The notes beneath the pieces were generated by a model that was not told the DNA's origin, did not search any database, and saw only the letters and a list, made by a program, of their open reading frames with translations. From assembly GCA_964016885.1 (NCBI GenBank), contig OZ024744.1:26412001-26476000 (forward strand): a stretch of DNA of 64,000 nucleotides, written 5' to 3'. How positions within the stretch are numbered: the stretch's first letter is position 1; each line of letters opens with the position of its first letter. Position numbers and translations under genes: made by a program. Below, in pieces: positions 44,349 through 57,724 of this stretch. The DNA is from Eledone cirrhosa (Eukaryota).

Positions 44349-44407
<59 letters not shown>

Positions 44408-44424
44408 ATGTCCAGTGTGCTATA

Positions 44425-44477
<53 letters not shown>

Positions 44478-44487
44478 GTCCAGTGTG

Positions 44488-44530
<43 letters not shown>

Positions 44531-44544
44531 AAGTCTGCTATATA

Positions 44545-44625
<81 letters not shown>

Positions 44626-44842
44626 TGTCCAGTGTGTTACATATATACATATATATGTCCAGTGTGCTATATATATATATTATAGTGGTAGTAAACTGAC
44701 CTCCCTGCCTCTGTTTCTATATTTACACACGGCACTGGACGGAATTGCTTTCATATCATTCATTCTCATCTCGGGAACAATTTTGAATAGCGCCAGTTCG
44801 TAATTTGAACTCCGGAATTTTATATTCTCCGAATGGACACAT

Positions 44843-44926
44843 CCTTCTGACGAGAGTTTATCTTTGCAATGGAAGGCTGCAAGGACTGTCCATTTTATTT
44901 GAAACACGAAACCGATTCAGTAAAGG
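44843..44926 (+). ncRNA. Type I hammerhead ribozyme
   Basis: cctt-CTGACGA-gagttt...aaacac-GAAA-ccgattcag-TA-aagg. Confidence 0.78.
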
Positions 44927-45325
44927 TAACCATAGTGAGTAGAGTGAAATTTTTAAAATTTATTTTGAAACTTTTTCTTATTTGCTAAACCTTGATTATA
45001 TATGTTCTGGCTCGTTAATTTATTAACCTGCCATTGAACCACATTGGCATATGGTTGGACAATACATGTGTCCCTAAACGCTTTTTGCGTGTACGGATAT
45101 ATACTTTATTATTATTCTCCTCTTGGTCAAGAAAAAAATTTGGTCGTTCTGACTGCTGCTAGTTATAGTGGTAGTAGACTGACCTCCCTGCCTTTGCTTC
45201 TATCTTTACACACGGCACGGAACGGAATTGCTTCCATATCATTCATTCTCATCTCGGGAACAATTTTGAATAGCGCCAGTTCGTAATTTGAACTCGGGAA
45301 TTTTATATTCTCCGAGTGAAAAGAT

Positions 45326-45410
45326 CCTTCTGACGAGAGTTTATCTTTGCAATGGAAGGCCGCAAGGACTGTCCATTTATTTTTGAGACTCGAAACCGAT
45401 TCGGTAAAGG
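45326..45410 (+). ncRNA. Type I hammerhead ribozyme
   Basis: cctt-CTGACGA-gagttt...agactc-GAAA-ccgattcgg-TA-aagg. Confidence 0.88.
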
Positions 45411-45772
45411 TAACCATAGTGAGTACAGTGAATTTTATAAAATTTATTTTGAAACTTTATCTTATTTGTTACACACGGCACTGGACGGAATTGCTTTCAT
45501 ATCATTCATTCTCATCTCGGGAACAATTTTGAATAGTAAAGGTAACCATAGTGAGTAGAGTGAATTTTTTAAAATTTATTTTGAAACTTTTTCTTATTTG
45601 TTAAACCTTGATTATATATGTTCTGGATCGTTAATTTATTAACCTACCATTGAACCACATTGGCATATGGTTGGACAATACATGTGTCCCTAGACGCTTT
45701 TTGCGTGTAGGGATATATACTTTATTATTATATATATATATATATGTTGATTGTGCTATATATATATATATA

Positions 45773-46102
45773 TTGTCATACTTTGGGAGGGTCATGTTGC
45801 CAATAAGAAACACACGCACCACGGTTTTTCTTATTGGCAACATGACCCTCCCAAAGTATAACAATATCGGTTTCAACACACGTTTTCAGATAAAGAATCT
45901 TGCTAAACCAACCAACCAACCGGAAATTTATAAATTCCTAAATTTATAAGTTCCTAAATTTATAAATTTACTATAATAAATTGAAGTGAAAACAACTGGT
46001 GCGTGTATTACTTATTGGCAACATGACCATCCCAAAGTATCAAAATATCGGTTTCCACACACGTTTTCAGATAAAGATTCTTGCTAAACAAATTCAGAAA
46101 CG

Positions 46103-46105
<3 letters not shown>
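45773..46105. mobile_element. Rearranged pLTR fragments of the 52031 PLE family
   Basis: Inverted and tandem pieces of ATTGGCAACATGACCCTCCCAAAGTATAACAATATCGG. Confidence 0.75.
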
Positions 46106-46165
<60 letters not shown>

Positions 46166-46222
46166 GCACACTGGACATATATATACGTATATATAGCACA
46201 CTGGTCATATATATACCAAACT

Positions 46223-46287
<65 letters not shown>

Positions 46288-46318
46288 ATTGGAAATATAT
46301 ATATATATTAATATATAT

Positions 46319-46449
<131 letters not shown>

Positions 46450-46470
46450 TAAATAGATAGATAGCACACT

Positions 46471-46519
<49 letters not shown>

Positions 46520-46542
46520 ATTGGAAATATATATATATATTA

Positions 46543-46594
<52 letters not shown>

Positions 46595-46637
46595 CACACT
46601 GGACATATATATATATATATAATTACCACACTGGACA

Positions 46638-46674
<37 letters not shown>

Positions 46675-46710
46675 CACACTGGACATATACATATATATAT
46701 ATAGCACAGG

Positions 46711-46749
<39 letters not shown>

Positions 46750-46830
46750 ACACTGGACACACATATATATAACACATTGGTTATATATATATAGCACACT
46801 GGACATATACATATATATATATAAAACACT

Positions 46831-46876
<46 letters not shown>

Positions 46877-46987
46877 CCAGTGTTTTATATATATATGTAT
46901 ATAGCACACTGGACATATATATATATATAATATGTAGAGTATCTATAATATAATATGATATGTAGAATATGTAGAATATATATAATA

Positions 46988-48827
46988 TGTAAAGTCAAAA
47001 GTGAATGCCCATTACAAGGTAAATGCAACACCAAAGCCATTGTATATGCGGCTAAATGACAACCATCAGCAACAACCAACCAGCCACCAGCGAACGATAT
47101 GTGGGTATGACACAAGACAAATTCAAAACGCTTTATTACTCACATGTCGCGTCTTTCCGACATCCAGAAAAAAGATTCACAACAGCTCTGGCTAGCAGAA
47201 TATGGGATTTGAAAGACCAAGGTATCCAATATAAATTGAATTGGTCAATTTTGAACCAATCTAAAGAATATGCAAGAGGAACAAGAAGATGCACGCTTTG
47301 CATAAGTGAAAAATATTGGATTTTACAGAACCTTAAATCACCAAAAACCTGCCTAAATACAAAAATAGAAATTTTCACCAGTTGCCCACACATGAAATCA
47401 CACTTGCTTTCCAGCTCATATAAACTTAACTCACTTTCAGATACTTATCCTCCATAAACTCTTATTCTTCACTTTCATTAAATTATCATCTTTACAGACT
47501 TCTCTTTCTGATTTACTTTCACTTTTAACTTTATTTTTAATTTTATTTTTATTTTTACTTCACATCCACCAGTAACCCCCCCCCCCATTTTACTTCCCCA
47601 TTTTCTTTCACTACCTGATATCACATGTCAATTGCGTTTTCCATTCCAGATATATTCTGTTGTTTCGCAGCCGATTTTATATTTGTACTCATTTATTCAT
47701 ACGGCTGGTTTATAATCTGTATCTATGTGTGTGAGTGTGCTTATGTGTGTATACGTTCTGTATATGTATACGAACGCCTCCGTATATATGCGTGCGTACG
47801 TATATATATGTGTGTGTATGTGTGTTTTTATATCTATGTTTTTTACATACTTATTTATACGTGTGTGTGTATGCGGGTGAATGTATGTGTATGTGTATGT
47901 ATATGTGTGTATATGTATATGTATATGTATATGTATGCATGGGTGTGTATGTATATATGTATATATATATATATATGGTCGTACGTGTGATTAGATATAC
48001 ATGTGGCGATATATATAAATATACGTGCCTCGTGTGTATGTATGTACGCATGCATGCGCTTTTGTCTGTACGTATTTGTGTGTATAAATATTTATATATA
48101 TATGTGTTTGTACGTGCGTACCTATGTTTGTTTTCTTTTCTGTAGTGTTAATTGATTACTTTCTCCTTGATTTAAAATTTGTTTTCATTCTCATATATTG
48201 TTTCATTTTTATACATATATCGAGAATGACACTTCTTTTTACTATTACACTCCCTTCCTTCTTTATCTTCCGCATATAAGTGAACGGCGTGTGTGTGTGT
48301 TTATACGCGTGCTTTCATACTCTTATGTGTATTTAATACCTGTATCTGGATGCGTGTTAACTATATTATCTTACAAGTTCTTTTTCAACTCATATTACAT
48401 ACGTATTTGTGGTCACATATACACAAATATACTTGCCCTCATATATGTACTTACGCACACATTTTCACCATACACATGCATTTGTACATACACACATATG
48501 TACATTTGTGAGTGTATATTCATACATATACACATACCCTAACTATATTTCCTTATTTGTTTATATATCTCTTGCATTACTTTTATTTATATATTTTTTG
48601 CCCGTTAAACACTTGCATTTCTTGAGGAGACTTTTCAAATATTTCACTATGTTTTAAATTGCCTGATCTGACAAACGAATGAGGACGTTTTTCGTATTCG
48701 TCTTATTCGAGAAACCTCTGGTAATGAGGTAATATTGTATTGTTTATTATACACTAAATGTTGCTCTGGTACTGACATAGAGCACTCTTCACTCCTATGA
48801 CTTCTACAATTTTCAAGGGAAACTTCA

Positions 48828-48832
<5 letters not shown>
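46988..48832 (+). mobile_element. 5'-truncated PLE (GIY-YIG 46988-47457, 3' UTR, degenerate HHR 48662-48729)
   Basis: ECPLQGKC..IVY, YVGMT, FKT..SH, IWDLK, CTLCISEK, LNTKIEIFTSCPH. CTGACAA-long hairpin-GAAA-cctctgg-TA. Confidence 0.85.
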
Positions 48833-48901
<69 letters not shown>

Positions 48902-48907
48902 CACACT

Positions 48908-48969
<62 letters not shown>

Positions 48970-49102
48970 ATAGAGGTGTAACACACAAGTTATGATATAT
49001 TGGTAAACGGAATAGAAAATGCTGACAAAATTGTTCACAGTGAAAAATAGTTTAATTAGGAATAAGTGAGAATTAGTAATAGTATTGGTTAGTATTCAGT
49101 TT

Positions 49103-49268
49103 TGGTTTTAAGTTTTACCGGTTGCGCATTTCTAATGCTTTTCAAAAATAATTTTGAGATGGAGCGTCCGTGATGTTTGCTCTGATCAGAGCAAACATCA
49201 CGGACGCTCTCTGTCAAAATTATTTTTGAAAAGCATTATAAATGCGCAACCGGTAAAACTTAAAACCA
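49103..49268. repeat. 166-bp near-perfect palindrome with no spacer
   Basis: Centre CTGA|TCAG at 49185/49186. Each arm holds TTGAAAA-gcatt/aatgc-GCAA-ccgg-TA. Confidence 0.9.
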
Positions 49269-49712
49269 TTATAAATTTATGTATATATGTCCAGTGTGCT
49301 ATATATATATATATATATACATATATGTCTAGTGTGGTATATATATATATATATATATGTCCTGTGGCTATATATATAAATATATATATATATGTCCTGT
49401 TGTCTATATATATATATGTGCAGTGTGCTTTATATATAAGTATATTCCCAGTGTGGTATATATATATATATTTATATAAATGTCCAGTGTGCTTTATGTA
49501 TATATATGAATATGTCCAGTGTGCTATATATATATATGTCCAGTGTGCTATATATATATGTCCAGTGTGCTATATATATATATATGACAAGTGTGCTATA
49601 TGTATATATATATATATGAGCAGGGTGCTATATATATATATATTTATATATATATATATATGTCCAGTGTGCTATATATGTAAGTATATGTCCAATGTGT
49701 TTTATATATATA

Positions 49713-49781
<69 letters not shown>

Positions 49782-49828
49782 AGTGTGCTATATATGTAAG
49801 TATATGTCCAATGTGTTTTATATATATA

Positions 49829-49883
<55 letters not shown>

Positions 49884-49984
49884 AGTGTGCCATATATATA
49901 TATGCATATGTCCATTGTGCTATATATATATGAATATGTTCAGTGTGTTATATATATATATATACATATATATGTCCAGTGTGC

Positions 49985-50017
<33 letters not shown>

Positions 50018-50068
50018 AGTGTACTATATAAATTTATGTATATATCTCCAGTGTGCTATATATATATT

Positions 50069-50099
<31 letters not shown>

Positions 50100-50115
50100 G
50101 TCCAGTGAGCTACAC

Positions 50116-50189
<74 letters not shown>

Positions 50190-50206
50190 GTATATGTCCA
50201 GTGTGC

Positions 50207-50239
<33 letters not shown>

Positions 50240-50414
50240 ATGTTCAGTGTGCTATATAATGTATATCTATATATATGTACAGTATGCTATATATGTATGT
50301 CCAGTGTGATATATATATATATATATAGGACTCTGGACATACATATATAGCATACTGGACATATATATATATGTGTATCTCCAGTGTGCTATATATATAT
50401 ATATGTCCACTGTG

Positions 50415-50462
<48 letters not shown>

Positions 50463-50487
50463 AGTTTGCTATATATATATATATATA

Positions 50488-50712
50488 TTAGAAAGTGAGG
50501 TTTTTTTACAAAATGAAAAATAACCGAGGTGTCCTACACGAATGAAAGTATAAAGAAAAAAAGATGAAATCGAAAATGCAACTGGAGTCTTATTTTTTTA
50601 AAAAATATATATATATATTTGGTTCCTTTAAAGGTTTCGCAGTTCTTCTGCTTTTCAAAACTTCAATTGAGATGAAGAGTCTGTGGATTTTTGTAAAAAA
50701 AACCTCACTCCC

Positions 50713-50716
<4 letters not shown>
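50488..50716 (-). mobile_element. HHR-bearing repeat with short inverted end
   Basis: AGTGAGGTTTTTTTACAAAA inverted at ~50689-50709. TTGAAAA-gcag/ctgc-GAAA on the minus strand. Confidence 0.65.
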
Positions 50717-50776
<60 letters not shown>

Positions 50777-50779
<3 letters not shown>

Positions 50780-51700
50780 TATCCTCTTGATAAGTCGGCA
50801 GACCTCGCAAAAGCTCTATATCTTTATGTTGTATTGTTTTTGTTTATGCCACGAAACTACGTAGTCGAGTAATCTAGAAGTAGTTTAGGTATGATACATT
50901 TTATTACTAATTATATCTAAATGTTTCTTCTCTCTTCATAATGTACTTTTAGCTCTGATACTGGTTCAGTCTAGTCCAACCGGATTGGTCTGTCCCAGTT
51001 ATTCATAGAGTAACATCGGTTAAGGTTGGCACCATTAACTCAAGGATGGATGTGGATATATTCATGTATATGTGTGTGTCCGCATGTATCTGTGTGTTTC
51101 TAAATATATTGTTCATAACTCCCTCTGGTCGAGTAATCTTTGAAGTGTGGTGACTGCCGGAAAGCTGCCATTACTCATACTTCTCGCCTCCTTCACCACC
51201 TCTTCTACGGCTTCGATATAAATACCCCCTCCGCCTCCGTAGTATTTTTTCGGGGTTATAAGAGGCTTAGCTCTGTTTCTTGACCGTTGTATCACGTGAC
51301 TATCTCCCCCTCCGCCTTTTGGAATTCTTTCTCACATCATATAGACGCGTTCTTGAAGCTAGTAAAACGAGGTATCCTCTTGATAAGTCGGCAGACCTCG
51401 CAAAAGCTCTAAATCTTTATGGTGTATTGTTTTTGTTTATGCCACGTAACTACGTAGTCGAGGAATCTAGAAGCAGTTTAGGTATGATACATTTTATTAC
51501 TAATTATATCTAAATGTTTCTTCTCTCTTCATAATGTAATTTTAGCTCTGATACTGGTTCAGTCTAGTCCAACCGGATTGGTCTGTCCCAGTTATTCATA
51601 GAGCAACATCGGTTAAGGTTGGCACCATTAACTCAAGGATGGATATGGATATATTCATGTATATGTGTGTGTCCGCATGTATCTGTGTGTTTCTTAATAT
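50777..51700 (+). mobile_element. Tandem 593-nt non-coding HHR unit (1.55 copies)
   Basis: Repeat starts at 50777 and 51370. HHRs 50783-50870 and 51376-51463 (second has GAAA>GTAA). Confidence 0.85.
50783..50870 (+). ncRNA. Hammerhead ribozyme, U3:A8 variant (UUGAUAA)
   Basis: ctc-TTGATAA-gtcggca...tgccac-GAAA-ctacgtag-TC-gag, palindromic stem III. Confidence 0.75.
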
Positions 51701-51712
51701 ATTATTATAATA

Positions 51713-51779
<67 letters not shown>

Positions 51780-51841
51780 CAAATTGGACATATATATATA
51801 TATATATATATAATACAGTGGACATATATATATAGCACACT

Positions 51842-51913
<72 letters not shown>

Positions 51914-51947
51914 CACATTGGACATCTACATATATATACAGCACACT

Positions 51948-52014
<67 letters not shown>

Positions 52015-52241
52015 TATATAAATATATATATTTCGTTTCTGAATTTGTTTCACAAGGTTCTTTATCTGAAATCGTGTGTTGAGACCGATATTGTTATACT
52101 TTGGGAGGGTCATGTTGCCAATAAGAAACACACGCACCAGTTGTATTCACTTCAATTTATTGTGATAAATTTATAAATTTATAAATTTATAAATCTCTGG
52201 TTGGTTGGTTGGTTCCACAACCAGATAGTTGTTTATATATT

Positions 52242-52284
52242 GTCATAGTTCTTTCGTCACACACTCTGTGACCTCTTCAGTGAC
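52242..52284 (-). ncRNA. Minimal type I hammerhead ribozyme
   Basis: gtca-CTGAAGA-g-gtcaca/tgtgac-GAAA-gaac-TA-tgac. Confidence 0.82.
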
Positions 52285-52357
52285 CGGGGATTCTTTCCTT
52301 TGTTTTTTGTGCCTCTCCTTTGTTCTGTCCTACGCCATTTTGTTTCTGTGTGTGTGT

Positions 52358-53650
52358 TTTTTAATGGAAAAACATATACCCAAGAGGAAGGAGCAGCCAT
52401 TGGTGTTAGCATTGCAGGCGACATAGCTAACTTATTCATGGTATGGTGGGACAGTAGACTTAAACTTAAACTTAAAGAATAATTAGAAGACCCCTTAACC
52501 CTGATAATGTACTCCCGCTACGTTGATGATATAAACATCGTAGTGAAAACACCCCCACTAGAGAACAGTCAGGAACTAGAGAAAATAACAATGGAAAGCA
52601 TCCAGCAAATAGCTAACTCCATCCACCTAAGTATTAGAGTTACTATAGACTACCCAAGTAAACACCCCAACCATCGATTACCTGTATTAGACACAGAGCT
52701 CTGGTTAGATACCATTAATAACAAAAAACAAATCCTCCATTCCCATTATGCCAAACCCATGATTTCCAAACATCTGATCCACCGAAACTCGGCCGTTTCG
52801 GACCATACCAAAATCAACATGCTGATTGCGGATTTGGTACGGGTGATGAGAAACGTGTCCCGCATGTGCAACCCCGAAGAACTAGAGAGACACATACAAC
52901 ACTTCATCCACCGTATGCAGTTCTCTGGCTACAATCAGAAAGATAAAATCAGAGTATATAGAGGAGCCAGAACCAAATGGGAAAAAAATGGTAAATAATG
53001 ACATAAATGGGACCTGCCCCTTGTATAGGAGCAAATTTTGGAATAGTATAGAAAGAACTAGGAACAAGGCTAATAGAATAAACTCATGGTATGATAGCAA
53101 TAAATACCAGAGTTTAATGTTCATCGATACAACCCCTAGAGGTGAATTAGCTTACAAATTTAGAAGGGCACTAGAGAAACATAAACTCAATATTAAGATA
53201 GTAGAAAGACCAGGTACCTCCATAAAAACACTTATTAGCAATACATACCCTTTTCAAAAACCCTCATGTATAGATAAGAAATGTATAATCTGTAAAATAA
53301 GCCCCCATATTAACAGTAAAACTAGAAATGTAGTGTATAGCATAAGATGTACTGAAGGACAATGTAGAGATGAGAACATAGTGTACATAGGTGAGACAGC
53401 TCGTAGTGAAGGGGAACGGATAAATGAACACTGGCGAGACCTTCAAGATAGTAAAGAATCATCTGTACTCTACCAACATGCTAAAATAGAACACAAGGGT
53501 AAATTAGAGAACATAGAAATAGAAATAGAATCTACACACAGAAAAGACGCAATGTTTAGACAAATCACAGAGGCAATAAACATAAAAGAATTACAACCAA
53601 AATTAACTAGAAAATATGAGTGGAACAGCAACATCACAACTTACAATTAA
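52358..53650 (+). pseudogene. PLE RT C-half + GIY-YIG (stop at 52480, frameshift ~52990)
   Basis: YTQEEGAAIG..ANLFM, RYVDD, LPVLDTELW, HYAKPM, NVVYSIRC..YIGETAR..ERINEH, EAINI..P.L. Confidence 0.9.
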
Positions 53651-53852
53651 GGACAAAATGAAAACACACACACACATAGAACAAACAACCAACCAGTAAC
53701 ATGTAAATAAACAAATAAATAAATGAACAGAAACACACACAGGCACCCGGATGTGGCGCATGCGCAGACTGAGCACACAACACACACACAGAAACAAAAT
53801 GGCGTAGGACAGAACAAAGGAGAGGCACAAAAAACAAAGAAAAGAATCCCCA

Positions 53853-53895
53853 GTCACCGAAGAGGTCGCAGAGTGTGTGACGAAAGAACTATGAC
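53853..53895 (+). ncRNA. Minimal hammerhead ribozyme, core CCGAAGA
   Basis: Same fold as 52242-52284 with U4C. Confidence 0.65.
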
Positions 53896-54024
53896 AATAT
53901 ATAAACAACTATCTGGTTGTGGAACCAACCAACCAACCAGAAATTTATAAATTTATTATAATAAATTGAAGTGAAGCAACTGGTGCGTGTGTTTCCTATT
54001 GGCAACATGACCCTCCCAAAGTAT

Positions 54025-54110
<86 letters not shown>

Positions 54111-54514
54111 AGTGTGCTATATATACATATATGTCCAGTGTGCTATATATATATATGTCCAGTGTGCTATATATATATGTATATGTCCAGTGTGGTGTAT
54201 ATATATTTATTTATATAAATGTCCAGTGTGCTTTATGTATAAATATGAATATGTCCAGTGTGCTATATATATTTATATATGTCCAGTGTGCTATATGTAT
54301 ATATATATATGTCCACTGTGCTATATATATATATATATCCAGTGTGCTATATGTATACATAAATATGTCCAGTGTGCTATATATATATATATGTCCAGTG
54401 TGATATATATATATATATATATGTCCAGTTTACTATATATATATATATATATGTCCAGTGTGCTATATATATATATATATGTCCAGTGTGCTATATATGT
54501 ATATGTCCAGTGCG

Positions 54515-54583
<69 letters not shown>

Positions 54584-54650
54584 CAGAGTGCCATATATAT
54601 ATATATGTATATGTCCAGTGTGCTATATATACATGTATATGTCTAGTGTG

Positions 54651-54714
<64 letters not shown>

Positions 54715-55024
54715 ACTTGTTCTTCTTTTTGGTAAATATTATCTTGGTTAAGAGAGTGGGACTGGCTTTGCGCAGTGCCTTTGCTCACTATAAAACCTTC
54801 ACGGCATAGGCATTTTTTTTATATCTGGAGATCTCTCTGCACTTGTCGTCACATGGTACCATGGGCCCAGCACTATGTGTCAATATTTGTCAAAGTGTAG
54901 TGTTTGTACCAGAGTGTTCAAGTCGCTGGCTAGACTAAAAAGTCACACTCGTTCAGCGCATCGGTAGGAGTTCTCCTACATGGATATAAAGTAGTGGCCA
55001 TATTCGAAAACGAGTTGGCAGCCA

Positions 55025-55089
<65 letters not shown>

Positions 55090-55409
55090 TATTGAAGTTT
55101 GCTTAAAGCATTATGGAACAATAAGTAAATATCTTTAAGTCGTTTGGAAGCCTCGAAAATGCAAATGGGTAAATCTCCGGGTAACAAGGTCCGGTGGTGG
55201 AGAGAGAGATGTAAGTGGGTGTACGTTGAGATGCGTGGTGTGTATAAGATGTGTGAGATGTGTAGAAGGAAGGGAAGAGTATAAAGGATAAAAATAAAAA
55301 TAACATATATATATATATGCCCAGTGTGCTATATATACATATATGTCCAGTGTGTTATATATATATATGTCCAGTGTGCCATATATATACATATATATAT
55401 CCAGTGTGC

Positions 55410-55521
<112 letters not shown>

Positions 55522-55524
55522 GTG

Positions 55525-55582
<58 letters not shown>

Positions 55583-55847
55583 ATATGTCCAGTGTGCTTT
55601 ATATATATGTATATGTCCAGTGTGGTATATATATATATATTTATATAAATGTCCAGTGTGGTATATATATTTATATATTTCCAGTGTGCTATATGCATAT
55701 ATATATATGTCCACTGTGCTATATATGTATATGTCCAGTGCGCTATATATATATGGTTACCACGAACCAAAGTATCGTCTTCCTATCTTCCTCCGGTTGC
55801 AACGTTTTTTGAAATATCCAGTTCTGCGTTTACAGATTGACTTTGTT

Positions 55848-55898
55848 AGTTTCAGAAGATCCCGTTAAGGGTGAAAGCAGCGATTCTTTGCTTAAACT
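55848..55898 (+). ncRNA. Hammerhead-fold motif, core CAGAAGA (within repeat 55757-56003)
   Basis: agttt-CAGAAGA-t-ccc/gttaa/ggg-t-GAAA-gca..tgc-TT-aaact. Confidence 0.65.
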
Positions 55899-56015
55899 TT
55901 AATCTGTTATTTTAATAAATATTTGCTCTACGGTTCTAATATATTTGATATATATTTTCCTTATCGAGCCCTCTTTGGATTTTAGTCTTCAATTTTATTA
56001 TTATTACTATATATA

Positions 56016-56115
<100 letters not shown>

Positions 56116-56205
56116 AGTGTGCTATATATGTATATGTCCGGTGCGCTATATATATATATATGCCCAGTGTGCCATATATATATATATATGTATATGTCCA
56201 GTGTG

Positions 56206-56244
<39 letters not shown>

Positions 56245-56465
56245 AAGTGTGCTATATATATATATATGTATATATTGAAGTTAATATGTCCAGGGATACT
56301 AGGTACCCCCAGAAATAGATAGGTTGTCTATGATTCAAGGTTGTTCAATGGTATTAATTTGATACACCAGAACTTTAATATTAAGATAAGCAGAACAAGT
56401 AAAATTCAATCAATTTTTTAAAATACATTAAAAAATATAATATAAATATTTACCTCTCCTAGTGG

Positions 56466-56544
56466 CCCTTACTGATCAGTTTCGCTTTGTAAAACCTCAT
56501 AAATCCGATGGATTTATGATGGAAAACCAAAGCTCATCAGAGAA
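56466..56544 (-). ncRNA. Type I hammerhead ribozyme
   Basis: Reverse complement of 57149-57227. Confidence 0.88.
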
Positions 56545-57148
56545 GCATTTTCTCTTCCTAGGGCTAAACGTCCCAGGAACGACAAAATATATAACCTCCT
56601 GCCAGCAAATAAAGGTCTGAAAGGTCGTAAAAGTGACCCGTATGTAAACTGGACCGAAGTAAAAGCGGTAAAATCAAAGACTTGCTGTCTACAATTACTA
56701 CTAAAAAAATAGCAGCTAAATAGAGCAACAGAATTGTTCTCAACGGACGGAGAAAGAGATTGAAGTTAATATGTCCAGGGATACTAGGTACCCCCAGAAA
56801 TACATAGGTTGTCTATGATTCAAGGTTGTACAATGGTATTAATTTGATACACCAGAACTTTAATATTAAGATAAACAGAACAAGTAAAATTCAATCAATT
56901 TTTTAAAATACATTAAAACATATAATATTTCAATCTCTTTCTCCGTCCGTTGAGAACAATTCTGTTGCTCTATTTAGCTGCTATTTTTTTAGTAGTAATT
57001 GTAGACAGCAAGTCTTTGATTTTCCCGCTTTTACTTCGGTCCAGTTTACATACGGGTCACTTTTACGACCTATCAGACCTTTAATTGCTTGCAGGAGGTT
57101 ATATATTTTGTCGTTCCTGGAACGTTTAGCCCTAGGAAGAGAAAATGC

Positions 57149-57227
57149 TTCTCTGATGAGCTTTGGTTTTCCATCATAAATCCATCGGATTTATGAGGTT
57201 TTACAAAGCGAAACTGATCAGTAAGGG
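57149..57227 (+). ncRNA. Type I hammerhead ribozyme
   Basis: ttct-CTGATGA-gctttg..(tcataaatcc/ggatttatga)..caaagc-GAAA-ctgatcag-TA-aggg. Confidence 0.88.
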
Positions 57228-57308
57228 CCACTAGGAGAGGTAAATATTTATATTATATTTTTTAATGTATTTTAAAAAATTGATTGAATTTTACTTGTTC
57301 TGCTTATC

Positions 57309-57356
<48 letters not shown>

Positions 57357-57374
57357 ATGTGTGTGGCCAGTGTG

Positions 57375-57423
<49 letters not shown>

Positions 57424-57567
57424 TACGTCCAGTTTACTATTTATATATGTATCTATATATATATGTCCAGTGGTGCCATATATATATATATGTATATGTC
57501 CAGTGTGTTATATATATATGTATGTCTAATGTGCTATATATATATATATATGTGTGTGTCCAGTGTG

Positions 57568-57617
<50 letters not shown>

Positions 57618-57623
57618 ACTGTG

Positions 57624-57665
<42 letters not shown>

Positions 57666-57668
57666 AGT

Positions 57669-57719
<51 letters not shown>

Positions 57720-57724
<5 letters not shown>

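Larger units (their letters stand above)
42616..44349. mobile_element. Non-coding ~532-nt unit: 1.6 tandem copies (-) followed by 1.7 tandem copies (+)
   Basis: Repeats at 42616/43151, inverted block 43465-44349. Four HHRs at 42735-42828(-), 43267-43360(-), 43479-43571(+), 44010-44103(+). Confidence 0.88.
44682..45730 (+). mobile_element. Tandem ~484-nt non-coding HHR unit (retrozyme-like)
   Basis: Repeat starts at 44682 and 45164, rearranged third part. Confidence 0.85.
52031..54030 (+). mobile_element. 5'-truncated PLE of a different clade with inverted 5' pLTR
   Basis: 52031-52357 is the inverse of the 3' pLTR (~53780-54030 and beyond). RT/GIY-YIG between. Confidence 0.9.
56275..57315. 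mobile_element. Non-coding 485-nt HHR unit: 1.35 tandem copies (-) plus inverted 0.8 copy (+)
   Basis: Repeat starts at 56275 and 56760, inverted arm 56929-57315. Confidence 0.88.

Noticed and set aside
44727-44740. GCACTGGAC in the 484-nt unit complementary to the satellite motif (possible template or guide)
   Set aside because: An 8-9-nt match is within chance expectation and is altered in the second tandem copy
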